A stretch of DNA of 64,000 nt from an uncultured Bacilli bacterium (GCA_934149515.1 CAKPFD010000002.1:98209-162208); one strand, 5' to 3'; counted from the stretch's first letter, positions 35,866 through 45,701 are shown. Numbers and translations: made by a program. Notes: generated from the sequence alone by a model not told the origin.

Positions 35866-36455
35866 GAGATAACTACAAAATAATAAAAGAAATCAAAAAA
35901 GAAGCAAAAGAAAATAAAGTACCGATTATGGAAGATGATGGAATTGATTTTTTAACCACTTTTATCATTAAACACCAAATAAAAAATGTCTTAGAAATTG
36001 GAACTGCAGTAGGGTATTCAGCAATTATGATGGCCTTAGCAAATCCAAAAGTAAAAATCACTTCAATCGAACGAGACGAAAAAAGATATTTAGAAGCAGT
36101 AAAAAACATCAAAAAACTAGGCTTAGAAAATCGAATTACCTTGCTATTTCGTGATGCTTTAACTGTAAAGTTACAAGATACCTTTGATTTAGTATTTATT
36201 GACGCTGCTAAAGCACAAAATATTAAATTTTTCGAGTTATTTTCAAGAAATTTACAAGATGGTGGCTACATTATTACCGATAATATGTATTTTCACGGCT
36301 TAGTAGAAAAAAACGAAAAAGAAATTGAAAGCCATAACGTTAGAGGAATCGTTCGTAAAATCAAAGAATATATAAAATTTTTAAAAGAAAATGAAGATTA
36401 TGAAACAACTATTATGCCAATAGGCGATGGAATAGCGGTTAGTAAGAAAAGATAA
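35859..36455 (+). CDS. class I SAM-dependent O-methyltransferase (YrrM/TrmR-like)
   Basis: 'VLEIGTAVGYSAIMMA', 'FIDAAK', and synteny after mltG. Confidence 0.75.
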   Translation: MVGDNYKIIKEIKKEAKENKVPIMEDDGIDFLTTFIIKHQIKNVLEIGTAVGYSAIMMALANPKVKITSIERDEKRYLEAVKNIKKLGLENRITLLFRDALTVKLQDTFDLVFIDAAKAQNIKFFELFSRNLQDGGYIITDNMYFHGLVEKNEKEIESHNVRGIVRKIKEYIKFLKENEDYETTIMPIGDGIAVSKKR

Positions 36456-36466
36456 GAGGTGAAAAT

Positions 36467-37516
36467 ATGTTTATATTAGAAATAACATCAGAAAGTTGCA
36501 ATGATTTAGTATTAGCTAAAATTTTATCCTTACTGCACACTATATTTAACATTATAGGAATAGCAGTTCCAATATTGCTAACAGTATCAGCTGTCATATC
36601 TTTGATTTCCATGCTAACAAATCCTGAACAAAAAGATGGAATGAAAAAAATTATCAATAAATTTATGGCAGCCGTTATTGTCTTCTTTATTCCAACCATA
36701 ACCGATCTTGCTATTCAATTAGTACCAGGTACTAGTTTTAGTGTCAGTGCTTGTTGGAAAACAGCCGATAATGCTGCCAGCAATATTACCTATGCAAATA
36801 CAGATGAGCAATCTAACTGGAAAAAATCCTCAAAAGGAGATTTGGGTGGCAATCTACAATTGTTAGAAAAGTATGCTAATACTGCTAACATCAGTAGTAA
36901 CACTGGTGATACTAGCAATAATAGCGGAGGAACTACTAATACTTCTGCAAGTTGTGATGCACAAGTACCAAACATAATTTTTGATGGAACATTTACTACC
37001 AATGCGATGCCAATACCAGTTTATTTTCAAGATAAACCAGGTTGTGACTGGGGAGAGTTCAGAAAAGGCCAAACAGTCGCTGGAGGTGGTTGTGGTTTTA
37101 CCTCTCTTGCTATGATATTAAGTTATTTAACTGGTAAAACAATAACTCCTGGTGATATGGCAAAAAGATATCCTAGTTATTATAATAATAAGAAAGGAAT
37201 GGCGCATATTTTGGTAGATATTTCTGCACGTGATTATGGGCTAAAAAAACCGAAAGAAATCTCTGCAAATGATGTGAGGGCCGCTTTAAAAAATGGTCAT
37301 CCTGTCTTAGCAAGAGGGGAAGGAAATGACAATTCTAATGGGTTATTTAGTGTAGGACCACATTTTATTGTTTTGAGAGCTATTGATGGCCATGAAGGTA
37401 TATATATTAACAATCCAACTTGGGACCGTAGAGCTGAAAATACACAGCCATTTACGCTAAGGACAATAAAAAAGTGGGCAACTAAATATTGGTCATTTCC
37501 AGCTAAAGCAAATTAG
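36467..37516 (+). CDS. membrane protein with C-terminal papain-like (C39_2/YvpB-like) cysteine peptidase domain
   Basis: N-terminal pair of TM helices, an S/T/N-rich linker, then 'GGGCGFTSLAMILSYLTG' (Cys) and 'GPHFIVLRAIDG' (His). Confidence 0.55.
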   Translation: MFILEITSESCNDLVLAKILSLLHTIFNIIGIAVPILLTVSAVISLISMLTNPEQKDGMKKIINKFMAAVIVFFIPTITDLAIQLVPGTSFSVSACWKTADNAASNITYANTDEQSNWKKSSKGDLGGNLQLLEKYANTANISSNTGDTSNNSGGTTNTSASCDAQVPNIIFDGTFTTNAMPIPVYFQDKPGCDWGEFRKGQTVAGGGCGFTSLAMILSYLTGKTITPGDMAKRYPSYYNNKKGMAHILVDISARDYGLKKPKEISANDVRAALKNGHPVLARGEGNDNSNGLFSVGPHFIVLRAIDGHEGIYINNPTWDRRAENTQPFTLRTIKKWATKYWSFPAKAN

Positions 37517-37529
37517 TATGAGGTGAAAT

Positions 37530-37943
37530 ATGAAAATGAATAAGAAAAAACTAATCATTTTAGGTTCTATTATAGCAATACTTGCCCTAATGATCACTTG
37601 CCTTTTTATGTACTTTAATGTTACTTATCAAGCACCAATTGAAGCCTTGAAAAAGAAAGATAAAAATCTATCGCGCCAAACTTTAATGAAACTAGAAACT
37701 GCTTATACTAAAAAATTAGAAGAAAGACATTTAACTGATCAAAAAATCACTTACTATAAAAAAACAAATTCGTTAGATGATAGAAAATATAGTGGCTATT
37801 TTATTAGTGAAGAAGATTACGTTTACAAATTTACCTTTGATTTAGATACTCTAGAGGTAAAACTAATTGAGTATTCTCAACAGAATGAAGTAGTAAAATT
37901 TCAAGTAAAATCAAGTAATAATACTGATAAAAATGTACAATAG
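37530..37943 (+). CDS. membrane-anchored hypothetical protein (137 aa)
   Basis: RBS GAGGTGA. A single N-terminal TM segment. Confidence 0.5.
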   Translation: MKMNKKKLIILGSIIAILALMITCLFMYFNVTYQAPIEALKKKDKNLSRQTLMKLETAYTKKLEERHLTDQKITYYKKTNSLDDRKYSGYFISEEDYVYKFTFDLDTLEVKLIEYSQQNEVVKFQVKSSNNTDKNVQ

Positions 37944-37952
37944 GAGGCAAAG

Positions 37953-38654
37953 ATGGAAGAAGAAAAACAACAAAAAATTATTAAATGGTTTATTGTCGGT
38001 ATCATTATAATTGCTGTTTTACTACTAATTTCATTTATCTTAACCAAACAAAATAATAAAAAAAATAAAATTAGTGATTATGTTAGTGAACAAGCAACTT
38101 ATAAAGCTACCAATACAGGTCTAACATCAACATTACCAGCATTAACATTAGATAGTGAAGATGCAAAAAACATCAATGCTAAAATAAAAGAAGAATATAC
38201 TGCAACCATTCAAAAGAAAAACACACAATTTACCTATCAAGCAAGTCTTAATAAAAAATATATTTCACTAGCGATTATGGTAAACAAAGTAGAAAATAAA
38301 GGATATCCATATACAACCATTAAGACATATAACTTTGATAAAAAAACAGGTGCATTAGTAGATGATGAAACATTACTAAATGAGTTTCAAACATCCATTG
38401 ATAAAATTGCTGCTTCTTTTGAAAATAAAATGAAAACAATGTATGAAGAAGAAGTAGAAGGAACCTATTTAAATGAAAGTGAATGTAATTATGATTGCTT
38501 TTTACAAGCTAGAAATGTGACAAACTATCAAGATGATATTCATCTATACGTAAGAAATAATCAACTAGTTTATTATCGTCCATTCATTATTTTCTCAAGC
38601 TTTAATGACGATGATTACTATCGCTATCAAAATTTTCTTTTTAACATAAAGTAA
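37953..38654 (+). CDS. membrane-anchored hypothetical protein (233 aa)
   Basis: RBS AGGAGG. A single N-terminal TM segment. The ectodomain has a loose DUF4163/DUF3298-like flavour ('LPALTLDSEDAKNINAKIKEEY'). Confidence 0.5.
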   Translation: MEEEKQQKIIKWFIVGIIIIAVLLLISFILTKQNNKKNKISDYVSEQATYKATNTGLTSTLPALTLDSEDAKNINAKIKEEYTATIQKKNTQFTYQASLNKKYISLAIMVNKVENKGYPYTTIKTYNFDKKTGALVDDETLLNEFQTSIDKIAASFENKMKTMYEEEVEGTYLNESECNYDCFLQARNVTNYQDDIHLYVRNNQLVYYRPFIIFSSFNDDDYYRYQNFLFNIK

Positions 38655-38682
38655 GATGCTTTCAACCATATCTTACTTTTTT
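38651..38682 (+). terminator. intrinsic terminator
   Basis: GTAAGAT (38651-38657) pairs with ATCTTAC (38670-38676), followed by T6. Confidence 0.6.
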
Positions 38683-38696
38683 CTTTGAAAAAGTTC

Positions 38697-38725
38697 TTGA
38701 CGAACATATTTTCGTAAGATATAAT
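38697..38725 (+). promoter_or_regulatory. candidate promoter of the SDR-ynbB unit
   Basis: TTGACG (38697-38702), 17-nt spacer, TATAAT (38720-38725). Confidence 0.55.
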
Positions 38726-38756
38726 AAAACAGAAACCAAAGCCAAGGAGGAAGAAG

Positions 38757-39485
38757 ATGAATAAATGTGCTATTATAACAGGAGCTTCTAGTAAAATAGG
38801 ACAACAAACTGCCATTTTATTTGCCCAAAACGGTTACGATCTAGTGCTTCATTACCACCAAGATGAAACGACCATTCAAAAGCTAAAAAAAGAAATAGAA
38901 AAAAATTATAAAACATCCATACTGATTGTCCAGGCAGATTTAAATAAAGAGGAGCAAATAACAGCTTTGTGTAATACTATAGTAAGCAAATTCCCTCAAA
39001 TTGATGTCATAGTTCATAATGCAGCAATTGCTCTAGATAGTATTCTAGAAATGAAAACCGAAAAAACATTTAAAGAAACCTTTCAAGTGAACACCATAGC
39101 ACCATTTCTAATTACCAAACATCTCATGAAATTTCTAAAGAAGGATGCATCTATCATTTTCGTTTCCTCAACAAATGCGATAGATACCTATTATCAAGAA
39201 AGTATAGAATATGATGCTTCTAAAGCTGCCTTGATTTCCTTAGCACATAACCTTGCTACTTCCTTAGCACCAATAAGAGTTAACACCATAGCACCAGGAT
39301 GGGTTGACACAAAAATGAATGAAACATTAACAGATGAATTTAAACAAAAAGAAATCAATAAAATTTTATTAAAGCGCTTTGCTAAACCAGAAGAAATAGC
39401 TAAAGTCATTTGTTTTATAGCAAGCGAAGCAACCTATGTAAATGATAGCATAATAAGAGTAGATGGAGGTGTCAATAGATGTTAG
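38757..39485 (+). CDS. short-chain dehydrogenase/reductase (FabG-like)
   Basis: 'AIITGASSKIGQQTA', 'NAAI' and 'YDASKAAL'. Confidence 0.85.
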   Translation: MNKCAIITGASSKIGQQTAILFAQNGYDLVLHYHQDETTIQKLKKEIEKNYKTSILIVQADLNKEEQITALCNTIVSKFPQIDVIVHNAAIALDSILEMKTEKTFKETFQVNTIAPFLITKHLMKFLKKDASIIFVSSTNAIDTYYQESIEYDASKAALISLAHNLATSLAPIRVNTIAPGWVDTKMNETLTDEFKQKEINKILLKRFAKPEEIAKVICFIASEATYVNDSIIRVDGGVNRC

Positions 39486-40711
39486 AAAAATTAATATATG
39501 AAACAGAATTAGAAATTCAAACAAAACTACAAGAAATAGATAAACAAGAACAAATCAATAGCAAAAAAGTGTTAGGTGCTTTTCAACAAGAACAAGTAAG
39601 TGAAACAGACTTTAATAGCACTAATGGTTATGGTTATAATGATATAGGAAGAGATAAAATAGAAAGAATTGTTGCAAGAATATTTGAATGTGAAGATGCC
39701 TTAGTAAGAAATCAATTTATTTCTGGTTCACATGCTTTAACAGTAACTCTATTTGCACTTTTAAGACCTAATGATACCCTTATGAGTATTACTGGAAAGC
39801 CTTATGATACGTTAGATGAAGTGATTGGTATCAAAGATAATCCCTCATCTTTAAAAGCCTTTGGAATCTCTTATGAACAAATAGACCTAAAAGATAACGC
39901 TTTTGATACAGAAAAAATCATCAAAACCTTACAAACTAAAAAAATTAAAGTGATCGAAATTCAACGCTCAAGAGGGTATTCAACAAGAAATACACTTTCA
40001 ATAAAAGCTTTAGAAGATATCATTAAAGAAATTAGAAAAGTAGATAAAAATGTTATTATTATGGTAGACAATTGTTATTGCGAATTAGTAGAAGAAAAAG
40101 AACCGACGATGGTGGGAGCTGATATTATCGTTGGATCCTTAATTAAAAACCTAGGTGGTGGGATTGCACCAAATGGTGCTTATGTTGCTGGAAAAGAAAA
40201 ATATATTAAACTTGTTGCCGAACGACTAACATTACCAGGTGAAGGAAAAGAAGTGGGACCAACACTTGGAATTAACCGTTCTATTTTACAAGGTTTATTT
40301 ATGGCACCAAGTGTTGTAGCAGCAAGTCTTAAAACTGCATGCTTTACAGCTTGTCTGTTAGAAAAATTAGGCTATGATGTGAATCCTACTTGGCAAGAAA
40401 AAAGAAGTGATATCGTTCAAACCATTATCTTTCATCAAGAACAAGATCTAATAAAATACTGTCAAGGAATACAACAAGCATCACCAATTGATTCTTTCTC
40501 TTTACCAATTCCAGCACCAATGCCAGGTTATACTGATAAAGTTATTATGGCAAGTGGTTCTTTTACCCAAGGATCTTCTATTGAACTAAGTTGCGATGGA
40601 CCATTACGTCCACCTTATATTGCCTATCAACAAGGTGCTCTTACATTTTCTTATGGAAAACTAGGTGTCATCAATGCTTGCACTTATCTTCTAGCTTCAA
40701 AATCGGAATAA
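39479..40711 (+). CDS. YnbB/aluminium-resistance family PLP-dependent protein (methionine gamma-lyase-like)
   Basis: 'TNGYGYNDIGRDKIERI' and 'ISGSHALTV'. 410 aa. Confidence 0.75.
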   Translation: MLEKLIYETELEIQTKLQEIDKQEQINSKKVLGAFQQEQVSETDFNSTNGYGYNDIGRDKIERIVARIFECEDALVRNQFISGSHALTVTLFALLRPNDTLMSITGKPYDTLDEVIGIKDNPSSLKAFGISYEQIDLKDNAFDTEKIIKTLQTKKIKVIEIQRSRGYSTRNTLSIKALEDIIKEIRKVDKNVIIMVDNCYCELVEEKEPTMVGADIIVGSLIKNLGGGIAPNGAYVAGKEKYIKLVAERLTLPGEGKEVGPTLGINRSILQGLFMAPSVVAASLKTACFTACLLEKLGYDVNPTWQEKRSDIVQTIIFHQEQDLIKYCQGIQQASPIDSFSLPIPAPMPGYTDKVIMASGSFTQGSSIELSCDGPLRPPYIAYQQGALTFSYGKLGVINACTYLLASKSE

Positions 40712-40756
40712 ATTAAAATCTTTCTCATACAGTATAGTAGTTTGAGGAGGAAGAAA

Positions 40757-41251
40757 ATGATAAGTAAACAAAATTTATGGTTTTTAACATTATTCAGTTT
40801 AATACTAGTACTAAGTATTTATTATATTACCATGCCAAATGATTTGTTAGTTGCTAAAAATGCTACAAAAGAGAACAAAACAACTGAAACAACAACCATT
40901 GAAGAAAGCGATAATCTAACGGCTTTACGCGTAAGCCTAGAAGAAGAACGAGATGCTACAAAAGCCGAATTAAAAGCAACAATGACGAATGAAGAAGCAA
41001 CAACAGAAGAAAAAAATAACGCTTACGAACAATTAAAATATTTAAATGAAGTAGAAGGAAAAGAAGAAAAACTAGAAAAGTTAATAAAAGATACTTATCA
41101 ATTAAATAGCTTTGTTAAAATTGATAATAATCAAATAAAAGTAGTGGCGATCGCTAAAAAACATGATGTAACACTTGCTAATAATATTATGCGAACCCTA
41201 CAAGCAGAATTTAAAGACAAGCAAGTCATAACTGTAAAATTTGAAAAATAA
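40757..41251 (+). CDS. SpoIIIAH-like protein
   Basis: ATG follows the RBS GAGGAGG. N-terminal TM segment 'LWFLTLFSLILVLSIYYI', a charged helical region and the C-terminal 'VKIDNNQIKVVAIAKKHDVTLANNIMRTLQAEF' pattern. Confidence 0.5.
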   Translation: MISKQNLWFLTLFSLILVLSIYYITMPNDLLVAKNATKENKTTETTTIEESDNLTALRVSLEEERDATKAELKATMTNEEATTEEKNNAYEQLKYLNEVEGKEEKLEKLIKDTYQLNSFVKIDNNQIKVVAIAKKHDVTLANNIMRTLQAEFKDKQVITVKFEK

Positions 41252-41338
41252 TACAAATTAGGAATTTGTCCCACAACAAAATTCCTTTTTCTCATACTAT
41301 ACTATGAAGCAACTATGTCAAAAGGGAAAGGGGATATT

Positions 41339-41545
41339 ATGCATAGAGGGATATTGACGCAAAGAGAAAAAGAAATATTTGAATTACTTGTATCAGGGCT
41401 TACAACAAAAGAAATAGCAACCACACTATCCATTAGTGAAAAAACAGTACGAAATCATATATCAAACGTTATGCAAAAATTAGGAGTTAAAGGGCGCTCA
41501 AGTGCTGTTATAGAATTATTGAAGTTACAAGAAATTCACCTATAA
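41339..41545 (+). CDS. LuxR/GerE-family HTH regulator (stand-alone DNA-binding domain)
   Basis: 'LTQREKEIFELLVSGLTTKEIATTLSISEKTVRNHISNVMQKLGV'. The start could instead be ATG 41315. Confidence 0.8.
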   Translation: MHRGILTQREKEIFELLVSGLTTKEIATTLSISEKTVRNHISNVMQKLGVKGRSSAVIELLKLQEIHL

Positions 41546-41642
41546 GAAAAAAGTATCACTAAGATATTTTTTTCTTGGATTAAAAAGATAATCTAGAATT
41601 TATAAACCAATAAAATCATATTCTTTACTAAGGTGATAATGA

Positions 41643-42590
41643 ATGCTACGAAAAAAAGCTTTACGGAAGATGATTATTACAACTATGAGTCTATTTATTA
41701 TTATGGCAATCTATATGATTCCAACAACCAATGAACATAATCTACAAACAACAATGGAAATGAAATATGTCAATACCCTTGGAAATCACTATATCTATTT
41801 ATTAGACGAAAATAATCGTTTAGTAAAAACAAAAATTTTATTAGATGGTAAAAACACCATCGAAAACGCTAAAATTATCATTACAAATCTAACCAAAAGC
41901 GATAATACAAAATTCCAAGAACAATTAAAACCAGTACTTCCAACTAATACAAAGGTATTAGATATTACTTATCAAAAACAAGATAAAACAATAACACTTA
42001 ATTTTTCAAAAGAATTTTTAAAACTAGAAAAAGAAGAAAAAGCAATTGAATCCATTGTATATAGCTTAACTGAACTAAACGAAATTACAAATATTATCAT
42101 AAAAGTAGAAAATGCTACACTAGATAAATATCCAAATAGCAAACAAGAACTTCCAATTCCCTTAACAAGAAAAATAGGAATCAATAAACAATACGATTTA
42201 ACAAACACAAAAAATATTACCAAGACAGTAATTTATTATTTAGAAAATTTAGATAACAATTTATATTATGTACCAGTTACAAAATATACAAATGACAGTC
42301 AAGATAAAATTAATATTATTGTAGAAGAATTAACAACAGGATATATTTACGAACCAAATTTGATAAGTTTACTAGATGAAAAAACGAAACTAATTGATTA
42401 TCATCAAGAAGAAGATGTCTTATTTTTAAATTTTAATGATGCATTATTTGATAGTAATGGAAAAATACAAGAAGAAGTATTATATACCTTATGCTATTCT
42501 ATTTTTGATAACTATGATGTAAATGTTATCTCCATTGCCAAAGAAAATAATCAAGTAAAAACACTGACAAGAAATACAATTGGGAAGTAA
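41643..42590 (+). CDS. GerM-like protein (two GerMN-type domains)
   Basis: N-terminal anchor and two repeated about 130-aa units, each containing 'LYYVPVTKY'-type segments. Moderate call. Confidence 0.5.
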   Translation: MLRKKALRKMIITTMSLFIIMAIYMIPTTNEHNLQTTMEMKYVNTLGNHYIYLLDENNRLVKTKILLDGKNTIENAKIIITNLTKSDNTKFQEQLKPVLPTNTKVLDITYQKQDKTITLNFSKEFLKLEKEEKAIESIVYSLTELNEITNIIIKVENATLDKYPNSKQELPIPLTRKIGINKQYDLTNTKNITKTVIYYLENLDNNLYYVPVTKYTNDSQDKINIIVEELTTGYIYEPNLISLLDEKTKLIDYHQEEDVLFLNFNDALFDSNGKIQEEVLYTLCYSIFDNYDVNVISIAKENNQVKTLTRNTIGK

Positions 42591-42682
42591 AGATTTAACG
42601 CCAAAAACATGAATTTCCAAGTGAAATACTTGCCAACCAGATTCAATTCGTGATATGATAAAACAGTAATGTAGGTGGGAAG

Positions 42683-43234
42683 ATGAAAAATAAGAAAAAG
42701 GAAAAAAATACGGTTTTGATAATATCTATCCTTATTGCTGTATTAGTTCTAATTGGTGTCAGTTTAGCAATATTTGCCTTTTCGAAAACAGGTAGTAAAC
42801 AAAATGTGATAACACTAGGTTCACTAAAACTAACATTAACAGAATCAGATGAAATAAACTTAGAAGACACACTACCAATGACAGACAAAGAAGGACTTGC
42901 AACAACTGGTTATGCTTTTACATTAACAAATGATGGAACCACTTCTGTTAATTATTCAATCTATTTAGATGATGTCAGTTTATCTAGCCAAGAAGTAGCA
43001 CTAGATACAAAATTTTTAAAGTATAATCTAACAATCGACAACACCATAGGAACAGCTAAATACTTAAATACCCTTGGAACAAACAGCAATCGAATAATAA
43101 CATCAGGAACTATCACCAAAGGACAAAGTATTGCTTACAACCTAAAAATTTGGGTAACAACAGAAATTGATGGTGACATTTCAGGACAAGTCTGGAAAGG
43201 AAAAATTAGATTAACAGGAACACAAGTAAGTTAG
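42683..43234 (+). CDS. short paralog C: SipW/TasA-type signal plus camelysin-like domain only
   Basis: RBS AGGTGGGA. 'LIGVSLAIFAFSKTG', 'LGSLKLTLTE', 'AFTLTNDGTTSVNYSIYLDD' and 'GQVWKGKIRLTGTQ'. Collinear with the N-domains of paralogs A and B. Confidence 0.8.
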   Translation: MKNKKKEKNTVLIISILIAVLVLIGVSLAIFAFSKTGSKQNVITLGSLKLTLTESDEINLEDTLPMTDKEGLATTGYAFTLTNDGTTSVNYSIYLDDVSLSSQEVALDTKFLKYNLTIDNTIGTAKYLNTLGTNSNRIITSGTITKGQSIAYNLKIWVTTEIDGDISGQVWKGKIRLTGTQVS

Positions 43235-43344
43235 AAGAGAAGTCTTCTTTTTCTTCAAAAAGATAAGCGAATATATGTTTGCTAATTATCAAAAGACCAG
43301 TCAGATAATAAAAAACCTCATATAGTATATTAGAGGTGAAGAAG

Positions 43345-43635
43345 ATGAAGGAAACGATTTCCATTGTTGAATTAAAAAATCTCTTAAAACAGCAAAATAT
43401 AAAATTAATTGATATCCGACCAAATTATCAATATAATAGAGGAACAATACCAACGGCTATCAATATACCTTATCAAACCTTAATGTTATTTAAAGAAAAA
43501 TATTTATTAAAAGAAGAAGAATATTATCTTTTTTGTGATAGTGGAAAATATAGCTATGAAGCAGTTCGTAAATTACGTCCCTTAGGCTATCAAGTATTCA
43601 GTATCGAAGAAGGGTATGATGGATTTTTAAAATAG
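43345..43635 (+). CDS. rhodanese-like domain protein
   Basis: 'IDIRPNYQYNRGTIPTAINIP' and the active-site loop 'CDSGKYS'. Confidence 0.8.
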   Translation: MKETISIVELKNLLKQQNIKLIDIRPNYQYNRGTIPTAINIPYQTLMLFKEKYLLKEEEYYLFCDSGKYSYEAVRKLRPLGYQVFSIEEGYDGFLK

Positions 43636-43652
43636 AAAAGGAAGTGTAAGAA

Positions 43653-44738
43653 ATGGAATATCTTATGATAATACTATTAATTGCTATTTTGATTTTAGCA
43701 ATTATATCAGTAACTAAAAATATTAATGAAGCAGCAATCACTGAAAGACTTGGAAATTTGGAAGTAACACTAATAAAAGAATTAACTACCTTTAAAGATG
43801 GCTTAACAGAAAATATGAACAAAGATTTTACTACTTTAAATGAACAAGTAGAAAGACGTCTATTAGCAATTAATGAACAAGTAAATCAACGTTTAGATCA
43901 AAATTTTGAAAAAACAAACAAAACCTTTACAGCAGTAGTAGAAAGATTAAGTAAAATCGATGAAGCCCAGAAAAAAATAGATACATTATCAACCGATATT
44001 GTCTCATTACAGAGTATTTTAACTGATAAAAAAACAAGAGGTATTTACGGTGAAGTTAATTTAAAACATATTCTTGCCAATGTATTTGGAGAACAAAATG
44101 ACAAACTTTATCAATTACAATATCAATTACCAAATGGTACAATTGCTGATAGCGTGTTATTTGCTCCAGAACCATTAGGAACAATTATTATTGATTCTAA
44201 ATTTCCACTTGAACATTATCGTTTAATGGTTTCAAAAGATATTACAGCAGTAGAAAGACAGCAAGCAGCAAAATTATTCAAATTAGATGTAAAAAAGCAT
44301 ATTGATGCAATAAGTAGTAAATACATTATAAAAGGAATCACAAGTGATCAAGCTATTATGTTTTTACCAGCAGAAGCAATTTTTGCCGAAATTAATGCTT
44401 ATCACCAAGATATTGTGGATTATGCTTATCAAAAACGTGTTTTTATCGCCTCACCAACGACATTATTATCAACATTAACTGTGATTCAAATGATTATTAA
44501 AAATATGGAAAGAGATAAATATACTTCTATCATTCATGAAGAATTAAATAAATTAGGATTAGAATTTGCTCGTTATAAAGAACGATGGGATAAGCTATCA
44601 AGAAGTATTCAATCTGTCAATAAAGAAGTAGAAAACGTTTCCATAACAACTGATAAAATTACTAAGAAATTTGATGCTATTAATAAAGTTGAATTATCAA
44701 CTATAGAAATCAAAGAATTAAATGATCAAGAAGATTAG
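43653..44738 (+). CDS. rmuC: DNA recombination protein RmuC
   Basis: N-terminal TM segment, a coiled coil, and 'KTRGIYGEVNLKHIL...IIIDSKFPLEHY'. Confidence 0.8.
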   Translation: MEYLMIILLIAILILAIISVTKNINEAAITERLGNLEVTLIKELTTFKDGLTENMNKDFTTLNEQVERRLLAINEQVNQRLDQNFEKTNKTFTAVVERLSKIDEAQKKIDTLSTDIVSLQSILTDKKTRGIYGEVNLKHILANVFGEQNDKLYQLQYQLPNGTIADSVLFAPEPLGTIIIDSKFPLEHYRLMVSKDITAVERQQAAKLFKLDVKKHIDAISSKYIIKGITSDQAIMFLPAEAIFAEINAYHQDIVDYAYQKRVFIASPTTLLSTLTVIQMIIKNMERDKYTSIIHEELNKLGLEFARYKERWDKLSRSIQSVNKEVENVSITTDKITKKFDAINKVELSTIEIKELNDQED

Positions 44739-44838
44739 CAAAAAAGATAAGCTAACCTTTTTCTTTGATTAAAGCATAATTTTTAAAAAAAGACTGTATA
44801 CTAACAGTAAAGAAGGATAAGGAAAGGCGAAAATAAGT

Positions 44839-45048
44839 TTGAAAAAATTTACTTTAATTAGTATTGGTATTTGTTTAATGACCATTGGATTTTTCTATAT
44901 AATTATTTATACCAATCTTTTTACCTTTGGCTATTCCTTAAGAAATTATATAGAATTTATGATATCACATATTCGTAATTACACACTAATACTAGGCTTT
45001 ATTATTTTATGGATTGCCTTAAAAGAGAAAGGAAGGAAAAGGAAATGA
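44839..45048 (+). CDS. small membrane protein (TTG start)
   Basis: 69-aa ORF with two hydrophobic segments. Weak RBS. Confidence 0.35.
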   Translation: MKKFTLISIGICLMTIGFFYIIIYTNLFTFGYSLRNYIEFMISHIRNYTLILGFIILWIALKEKGRKRK

Positions 45049-45701
45049 TATACGTATACGACATATTACTAAATTGGTTTCAAAAAGAAGAACCTGTTGA
45101 ATTCTTTGAATGGGAATTAACAGATGAATTAGAACACATAAAAAAGATCCCATTATGGAAAGTAGAACCAGATCTTTTTAAAGCACTATATCATCATCAT
45201 ATAAAAATAGATAAAGAATACTTACTTAAAATTAAAAATAAAACAGAATGTTATTTTCAAAGTGAAGTTGAAACAATTTCCTTTTCTTGTATTGTTAGTG
45301 ATGGGACAAAATGTTTTGCGCTAGAATTTGATGAAACCGGTACTACAATATACAAAAGTACATTATTATTAGATGAAGAAGAGGAGGTACTAGAGTTAGT
45401 AGAAGAACTAACAACAATGAAAATTCCATTTCAAAAAATAAAAAGTAATCAAGAAGAAAATTATTTAACTCGACAAGAACAAAAAAATAAAAATTATATT
45501 TTAAAAGAACTATCTTATATAGTAAAGCAAAAAAATATAGAGAAAATGACCTATTTATATGAAGAATATTTTCCGAAAGAAGATAAATCTATTGAACAGA
45601 TGTATCAACACCTTGTAAAGTTAATCGAAGAAAATGATTGCAAAAAATATAAAGAAATATTATCTATTTTAAAATTAACCTCTTCAAAAGAAGTAAAATA
45701 A
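45045..45701 (+). CDS. conserved-looking hypothetical protein
   Basis: ATG 45045 follows GGAAGGAAAAGGA. 'MIYVYDILLNWFQKEEPVEFFEW'. The ORF-track start at 45009 overlaps the upstream gene. Confidence 0.6.
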   Translation: MIYVYDILLNWFQKEEPVEFFEWELTDELEHIKKIPLWKVEPDLFKALYHHHIKIDKEYLLKIKNKTECYFQSEVETISFSCIVSDGTKCFALEFDETGTTIYKSTLLLDEEEEVLELVEELTTMKIPFQKIKSNQEENYLTRQEQKNKNYILKELSYIVKQKNIEKMTYLYEEYFPKEDKSIEQMYQHLVKLIEENDCKKYKEILSILKLTSSKEVK

